From NCBI GenBank assembly GCA_030679975.1, contig JAUXSL010000102.1:1-46221 (forward strand): a DNA stretch of 46,221 nucleotides, written 5' to 3'. Positions 40,602 to 46,221 of this stretch are shown here, one piece after another. The first letter of the stretch is position 1. Each line of letters opens with the position of its first letter. The DNA is from Actinomycetota bacterium. Its GTDB lineage: Bacteria > Actinomycetota > Aquicultoria > CAJVYJ01 > JAUVQD01. Made by a program: the position numbers and the translations under genes. The notes under the pieces were generated by a model. The model saw only the letters and a list, made by a program, of their open reading frames with translations, was not told the DNA's origin and did no database searches.

Positions 40602-41981
40602 ATGGCGAGTAGAGAGAGGGTCGGCCCGATCATACTTCGCATTCTCTTCGTGGCGGCGGCGGTTCTTCTATTGGTTGGGTCCGGCGTCTCAGCGGCCTCC
40701 ACCGAGAGGCCGGGGTCTCCACTTGACGACAAGCAAAAGGCGCAGATGCAAATGGCGATAAACCTGCTTAAGCTGACGAACGATGCGGATGCGCTGCAAG
40801 CTAGGTTAAAGGACGGCGCGATCAAGCAGGCTGACTTGAACGACCCTCCGCCGAAAGACCCGGCCGACAGGACTACCGGCCAGGGCTGGCCCGATCAGGT
40901 GGTCAACGATAAGACGATCTTCGGGACGATAATAATCGACACGGGCTTGCTGTCCGGTCCTGAGGCATCGAGTGAGGATACTATGACCTTGGCAAGCTTG
41001 GTCGGAATGAACGACGAGGATTTTGAAGCTGTAGTGAGATTGGCGGAGGCGCTCCATCACGAAAACATCCACAATCAGCAGCAGAAAAAGCGTGCTCTCG
41101 GAGAGGACGCGTGGCGGGCTGATAAGACTGACACTATCAGCAATTGGGGTGAATTGGAGGCTTATTACGGCGAACTCTTATGGAAACTTCGGTTGAAGCA
41201 ACTGATTGGAGAAACGCCGGGTGAAAAGCCAGAGATTATGAATGACTTGATAGGAAATTTAGTTAATTATATCGGTAGCGCGGAATACTCGACCAACCAG
41301 AATAAAACCGAATTCAAGCCAATAGAGAGACTGGATGCTTCTCCGACCGTCGGCAATGTTTACGATGCCAGTGCCTCTACGTCGACCAATATAGGAAAAG
41401 TCCAGGAAAAGAGAGATATGGCCAGGCAAAAACTAGAGTCGCTCAGTGACCCGAAAAAGCAGAGCCAGAGTCAACCCGTCGATCCCGGCACTGGCGGCAT
41501 GGTCGTGCTGCCGGACGGGAACGCCTGGGTGACCATACCGGGCGGCGGCTTGACGGAGCCGACAGTCATTGAGATCGACGAGATGGATATGACGGGGCTG
41601 CCGAACGGTCTTCGAGCCCTGAGCTCGGTTTTTCGACTCGACCCGGACGGCACCGAGTTTGACCCGGCTCATCCGGCGGTCCTGACCATAAAGATTGACC
41701 CCGCCGTTCTCGATCACGCCAATATTTACTATTGGAATCCGGGCGCGCGCCATTGGGACCTGGTCGATTCGGGCCGGGCCGTTTGGCCGGATGACGGCAC
41801 GATCAGCGTGACCATCGCCCATTTTAGTTACTACATCGTTGTTGATGACTCGCCCACGCCGGTGCCGGTGTCGAGCCCCTGGATGTTGGCGGCAATCGGG
41901 GTGATCGGCTTCGGCCTGATTGGCCGCCTCCTTAGAAGATCGTCTCGTTCGTCAACCGGCGCCCGCTTGAGCGACGCCTGA
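40602..41981 (+). CDS. Secreted, C-terminally anchored protein with HExxH motif and ZU5-like domain
   Basis: Signal peptide; HENIH plus downstream ELEAY; GGMVVLPDG...VTIP.G...F..PAVLTI...HFS; C-terminal VPVSSPW-TM-RR; ATG 40602 after GGAGGT. Confidence 0.65.
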   Translation: MASRERVGPIILRILFVAAAVLLLVGSGVSAASTERPGSPLDDKQKAQMQMAINLLKLTNDADALQARLKDGAIKQADLNDPPPKDPADRTTGQGWPDQVVNDKTIFGTIIIDTGLLSGPEASSEDTMTLASLVGMNDEDFEAVVRLAEALHHENIHNQQQKKRALGEDAWRADKTDTISNWGELEAYYGELLWKLRLKQLIGETPGEKPEIMNDLIGNLVNYIGSAEYSTNQNKTEFKPIERLDASPTVGNVYDASASTSTNIGKVQEKRDMARQKLESLSDPKKQSQSQPVDPGTGGMVVLPDGNAWVTIPGGGLTEPTVIEIDEMDMTGLPNGLRALSSVFRLDPDGTEFDPAHPAVLTIKIDPAVLDHANIYYWNPGARHWDLVDSGRAVWPDDGTISVTIAHFSYYIVVDDSPTPVPVSSPWMLAAIGVIGFGLIGRLLRRSSRSSTGARLSDA

Positions 41982-42092
41982 ACCTTGTTATTTTGCCCTC
42001 GTTGCTTTAACATGTTTAAGCTGGGCAAGGAGCATAGAGGCAGGCTCCAGCCGGTTAGTAATTAAAAGTCTTCAGCGTCCGGGATAATTAAT

Positions 42093-42803
42093 TTGACTTC
42101 AGCGGCCGAAGCGCCAAACGTTAAACACATTGTCACTAAATATCTGCCGGAGTCTATCAGGCCCCGTGAACGTTTGGCAGCCATCGGCGCGCCGCGCCTG
42201 TCTAATTCGGAGTTGATCGCGATTGTCATCGGGACCGGCGGGCGCGGAGTGACCTCGCTGCAGATGGCCGAGAAATTGATGGGGACGTTTGGCGGCGTCG
42301 GCAAGCTTGGGGCAAGCGATTTTCACGATCTGGCCGCGGTGAGCGGCATCGGCCCGGCAAAAGCCGCGCAGCTGATAGCCGCGATCGAGCTCGGCAAGCG
42401 GGCGGGAAGCGAGACGGCCTCGTCCAAGAAGCCTCTGTCGTCTCCGCAAAAGGTCGCGGAGATGTTGATGCCGATGATGAGATATCTGGAGATCGAACAC
42501 TTTAAAGCTTTGATAGTCAACAACAAGAACCAATTGATAAAAAGCGTCGATGTCGCGGTGGGCAGCTTGAGCGCGGCCATAATTCATCCACGTGAGCTAT
42601 ACAAAACAGCGATACGCGCCAACGGAGCGGGCTTGATAGTAGCCCATAATCATCCCAGCGGAGACGTCACGCCCAGCCGCGAAGATATCGTTTTAACCAG
42701 GCGGTTGGCGGAGGCCGGGCGGATATTGGGGATTGATTTTATCGATCATATCATCATCGGCGACGGTTGCTGGCTTAGCTTAAAAGAGCAAGGTTGTTTA
42801 TAA
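42093..42803 (+). CDS. radC: RadC/JAB-domain protein (UPF0758)
   Basis: PRERL, LSNSELIAI, GIGPAKA, HPRE, AHNHPSGD..PSRED, DHIIIG; radC-mreB synteny. Confidence 0.93.
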   Translation: MTSAAEAPNVKHIVTKYLPESIRPRERLAAIGAPRLSNSELIAIVIGTGGRGVTSLQMAEKLMGTFGGVGKLGASDFHDLAAVSGIGPAKAAQLIAAIELGKRAGSETASSKKPLSSPQKVAEMLMPMMRYLEIEHFKALIVNNKNQLIKSVDVAVGSLSAAIIHPRELYKTAIRANGAGLIVAHNHPSGDVTPSREDIVLTRRLAEAGRILGIDFIDHIIIGDGCWLSLKEQGCL

Positions 42804-42818
42804 ACATAAGGGAGAAGC

Positions 42819-43853
42819 ATGATCTTTGATTTTCTTTTCGGAGCGCTGGGTCGGGACATCGGTATCGACCTAGGCACCGCTAATACGTTGGTTTACGTAA
42901 AGGGGCGGGGAATAGTCCTCGTTGAGCCTTCGGTAGTCGCTATCGAAAAAGACACGGGGAAATTGCTGGCCGTCGGGACCGAGGCAAAAAGAATGATCGG
43001 GCGTACGCCGGGGAACATCGTTGCCATCAGGCCCTTGAAAGACGGAGTCATCGCCGACTTTCAAGTCACGGAAACGATGATACGCAAATTGATCGAGAGG
43101 GTGCACAAGCGACGTTTTGCCGTCCGGCCGCGAGTCGTGGTCTGCGTCCCTTCAGGCGTGACGGCGGTTGAAAAACGGGCGGTCTATGAAGCCACCTTGT
43201 CGGCGGGAGCTCGCGAGGCCCACTTGATCGAGGAACCGATGGCGGCGGCCATCGGGGCGGGGCTGCCTATCCAGGAGCCGACCGGGAACATGGTAGTCGA
43301 TATCGGCGGCGGCACAACTGAAGTGGCCGTTATCTCACTGGGCGGAATAGTCACGAGTATCTCCATCCGCATCGGCGGCGATGAATTTGACGAGGCAATC
43401 GTCGCCCACGTGAAGAAAGAATACAACGTGATGATCGGGGAGCGGACATCGGAAGAGATTAAAATGGAAATAGGCTCGGCTTACCCGCTTCCGGAAGAGG
43501 AAGATGTCGAGGTGAGAGGGAGGGATCTTCTTTCCGGTCTACCCAAGAACGTGGTCTTGTCTTCTGAGGAGATCCGGGTCGCGATCGAAGAACCGCTTAC
43601 TCAAATAATCACCGCGATAAAAAGCACCCTGGAAAAGACCCCACCTGAATTGTCCAGCGATATTATGGATAGGGGTATCGTCCTGACCGGCGGCGGGTCT
43701 CTGCTAAAAGGATTGGACGAGCGGCTTCGCCAGGAAACGGGCATTCCGGTGCACGTTACGGAGGATCCCTTAAGCTGTGTGGTCATCGGCGCGGGTAAAT
43801 CTCTTGAGGAACTGAACTTACTGAGGCGGATTTCCATCGGGACTCAGAGATAG
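42819..43853 (+). CDS. mreB: Rod shape-determining actin-like protein
   Basis: [57 protein letters not shown]. Confidence 0.97.
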   Translation: MIFDFLFGALGRDIGIDLGTANTLVYVKGRGIVLVEPSVVAIEKDTGKLLAVGTEAKRMIGRTPGNIVAIRPLKDGVIADFQVTETMIRKLIERVHKRRFAVRPRVVVCVPSGVTAVEKRAVYEATLSAGAREAHLIEEPMAAAIGAGLPIQEPTGNMVVDIGGGTTEVAVISLGGIVTSISIRIGGDEFDEAIVAHVKKEYNVMIGERTSEEIKMEIGSAYPLPEEEDVEVRGRDLLSGLPKNVVLSSEEIRVAIEEPLTQIITAIKSTLEKTPPELSSDIMDRGIVLTGGGSLLKGLDERLRQETGIPVHVTEDPLSCVVIGAGKSLEELNLLRRISIGTQR

Positions 43854-43886
43854 CGCCGGGAGTAACCACACAAGAAATCTATTTTT

Positions 43887-44726
43887 ATGTACTCACGTAA
43901 TAGCGGTCGAAACCGGACCATACTGTTTGTGGCAATCATAGTGGCGGCGCTCTCAGTGGCGCTGGTCTATAGCGGCGACCGCGAAGGCGTTGTCAGTCAA
44001 TCTCAACATCTGTTGCTGGCGGCGACCGCGCCGCTGCAAAAGGCGGTCAACGTTGTCATCAGTCCGTTCAAGCGGGTCTCTCAATATACGCTCGTAATCG
44101 GTAATCTGACGAACGAAAACCGTCGCCTCAAGCATGACAATATCGTTTTGCGTCAAGAAGTCGATCATCTCAAGCGTTATGAGGCTGAAAATCGCCGGTT
44201 GCAGCGGTTGGCCGGCTTCAGGCGCGAATCACAGCCTAAAACAGTCGGGGCCCGCGTTATCAGCCGGTCTCCGACCAGCTGGCAATCGATTGTGACCATA
44301 GACGTTGGTTCAAGCGCCGGGGTCGGCGAAAATATGGCCGTTATAACCGATAAAGGGCTTGTCGGCCGGACTGTGCGGGTAGCGGGGTCGGCCGCTCTGG
44401 TCCAGCTGCTTGATGACCGGCGCAGCGGGGTTGGCGTGGAGATAGCGCGGAGCGGCGCGACGGGGATAATCGAAGGTTCGATGGAGGGGCGTCTGAAGCT
44501 GAGGTTTCTGGCGGCGGACGCGGATGTCAAAGTAGGCGATAAACTGCTGACTTCCGGTGTCGGGGGAGTGTACCCGAGAGGTATAGCTGTCGGGGCGGTG
44601 GCCGGCATAGCCAAGACGGCCTACAGCCTGGAAAAAAACATCGACGTGCGCCCGGCCGTTGATTATGCGCGGCTTTCGGAAGTCCTGGTAATAAACGACT
44701 CGGAAGCGGCCCGGAGCAAGTTATGA
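43887..44726 (+). CDS. mreC: Rod shape-determining protein MreC
   Basis: TM, coiled coil ENRRL, IDVGS..GV, GLVGR, TSGVGGVYPRGI.VG. Confidence 0.93.
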   Translation: MYSRNSGRNRTILFVAIIVAALSVALVYSGDREGVVSQSQHLLLAATAPLQKAVNVVISPFKRVSQYTLVIGNLTNENRRLKHDNIVLRQEVDHLKRYEAENRRLQRLAGFRRESQPKTVGARVISRSPTSWQSIVTIDVGSSAGVGENMAVITDKGLVGRTVRVAGSAALVQLLDDRRSGVGVEIARSGATGIIEGSMEGRLKLRFLAADADVKVGDKLLTSGVGGVYPRGIAVGAVAGIAKTAYSLEKNIDVRPAVDYARLSEVLVINDSEAARSKL

Positions 44727-45226
44727 ACGTAAATGTTCGGTTCGCGCTCGTACTGGCGGTCGCGTTCATCTGCCAGGCCGCGGTTGTTCCTTTTATTTCT
44801 ATAGGCCCTATCAAGCCCGATATCATCTTGATAATAGTGGCCAGTTTCGGTTTTTTGGACGGGGCGGCGCCGGGCGCGGTCGGAGGGTTTTTAGGCGGCT
44901 TGCTTCAAGATCTTTTGACGATCCGCGGTATCGGTCTCGAGGTCTTGATCAAGACCATTGTTGGCGGCTTTTCCGGCCGGGTAGAGCGGACGATCCTCGG
45001 AAACAGCCCCATCATGCCGATGCTGGCCATCGGCGGCGTCAGCATCGTTTCACAGATTCTCTACATCGGCTTGGCCTTTCTAACCGGCGAGCGGATGGAA
45101 TTATTGACCGTCATGCGCGAAGTAGTCCTGCCCTCAGCTCTGTACACCGCGACAGTCGGCTTCTTTATCTTCCCGCAACTAAGTAAGATTCTAAGCGCTG
45201 AGAGACAAGACAAGGTCTTCAGATAA
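44723..45226 (+). CDS. mreD: Rod shape-determining protein MreD
   Basis: Hydrophobic; KPDIIL, GFLGGLLQD; between mreC and mrdA. Confidence 0.9.
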   Translation: MNVNVRFALVLAVAFICQAAVVPFISIGPIKPDIILIIVASFGFLDGAAPGAVGGFLGGLLQDLLTIRGIGLEVLIKTIVGGFSGRVERTILGNSPIMPMLAIGGVSIVSQILYIGLAFLTGERMELLTVMREVVLPSALYTATVGFFIFPQLSKILSAERQDKVFR

Positions 45227-46221
45227 TGAGCGAAATCTCCGACTCGACGCACGCTCGGATAAAAGCGCTGGCCGCCTTTGCGATCATTGTGCCGGCGGTG
45301 CTGCTGGCGCGGTTGTGGCTCCTCCAGGGGGCATGGGGCAACGACTACAAGGCCATGGCCGAGGAGAACCGCATCAGGCATATAGCTATCGCCGCCCCGC
45401 GCGGTGAGATACTCGCTCGGGGCGGCGAGCCGTTGGTGAAGAATCGCCTGACCGTGACCCTGACCCTCTCTCCGCAGCGAGCCCATGACAAAAAACTTGT
45501 CGCGCGCCTCTCCAAGTTACTGGGGATGAGCGTGAGAGAGATATATAAACAAGTCAGAAGCGTGAAGATAAACCCGATAGAACCCCGGGTCATAAAGAGG
45601 GACGTCTCGAAAGAGGTCATGGCTTACATAGAAGAACATGATGCCGACTTTGTCGGTGTCGAACTGAAAGTCGAGGCCATCAGGGACTATCCGAACGGCG
45701 GTTTGGCCGCGCATATAGTCGGCTACCTTGGCGAGCTTTCCGAACTGGAACAGAAAGAGCGCGCATACAGCGGCTACGCGCTGGGCGATCTGGTCGGCAA
45801 AAGCGGTATAGAGCGACAGTATGAAAATGTTCTATCGGGCAGCAAAGGGACGGAATACGTTGAGGTCAACGCCGCGAATCGGCCGATAGAAGTAATAGAC
45901 AAGAAGGAGCCGGATCCCGGCAATAATGTCGTCCTAACCATCGATAAGAGAATTCAAGCCTCGGCGGAAGCGGCCTTAGCCGCAACCATGGCGGCGGCAA
46001 AGAAAACAAAATCCCCGCGAGCGTCGGCCGGCGCTATCGTCGTGACGACTCCGACGGGCGAAGTGGTGGCTATGGCTAGTTGGCCGACTTATGACCCCCG
46101 GATTTTTGTCGGCGGGGTCAGCACCGCCCAATGGGCGACATTGACCGACAAGAAGAGCGAATACCCGTTAAGTAATCGAGCGATAATGTCCGGCTATCCG
46201 GCCGGGTCGACCTTTAAAGTC
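45226..46221 (+). CDS. mrdA: Penicillin-binding protein 2, N-terminal part (runs off the window end)
   Basis: ATG overlaps the mreD stop; RLWLLQG, AEENRI...IAAPRGEI, RDYPNG..AAHIVGYLG, GKSGIERQYE, LTID, AMASWPTYDP, YPAGSTFK. Confidence 0.93.
   Translation, partial: MSEISDSTHARIKALAAFAIIVPAVLLARLWLLQGAWGNDYKAMAEENRIRHIAIAAPRGEILARGGEPLVKNRLTVTLTLSPQRAHDKKLVARLSKLLGMSVREIYKQVRSVKINPIEPRVIKRDVSKEVMAYIEEHDADFVGVELKVEAIRDYPNGGLAAHIVGYLGELSELEQKERAYSGYALGDLVGKSGIERQYENVLSGSKGTEYVEVNAANRPIEVIDKKEPDPGNNVVLTIDKRIQASAEAALAATMAAAKKTKSPRASAGAIVVTTPTGEVVAMASWPTYDPRIFVGGVSTAQWATLTDKKSEYPLSNRAIMSGYPAGSTFKV

Noticed and set aside
42004-42021. Near-palindrome GCTTTAACATGTTTAAGC upstream of radC as a LexA box
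   Set aside because: Spacing and flanks do not fit the Gram-positive CGAAC-N4-GTTCG consensus
42093-42803. radC as a marker of a mobile element
   Set aside because: Full-length form in the ordinary chromosomal radC-mreBCD-mrdA context
1-46221. CRISPR array, rRNA, tRNA, integrase or transposase
   Set aside because: No regularly spaced repeats, no recognisable RNA gene signatures and no such ORFs by eye; a tRNAscan/Rfam run would be needed to exclude small RNAs fully

Overview
Chromosomal segment of a moderately GC-rich bacterium. Gene content points to a deep-branching Actinomycetota lineage: a pgsA-manC/PMM-DUF881-sbp-DUF881-FHA(GarA-like)-MerR cluster, an RsiG-like gene and a TrkA/CeoBC-like pair (taxonomy is inference). 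The backbone runs era-deoC-recO ... hpt-apt ... ileS-dksA-lspA-rluD ... radC-mreBCD-mrdA. An accessory, deletion-eroded copper/stress region lies at about 7.4-19.1 kb. I found no rRNA, tRNA, CRISPR array or transposase. The most striking features are: (1) a family of non-autonomous palindromic elements with terminal inverted repeats and TA duplications, one copy of which sits in frame inside a D-Ala-D-Ala carboxypeptidase gene; (2) smaller hairpin modules nested in these elements, showing compensatory base changes; (3) an unannotated 50-aa His/Cys-rich mini-gene made by in-frame collapse of a copA duplicate; (4) an hpt gene lacking a canonical start, one -1 shift away from fusion to a nuclease-like ORF; (5) a Na,K-ATPase-like P-type pump followed by two RCK proteins; (6) a single-motif RsiG-like protein; and (7) a surface HExxH protein with a ZU5-like HFS autoproteolysis motif. 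All family calls come from motif recognition by eye, not from database searches.
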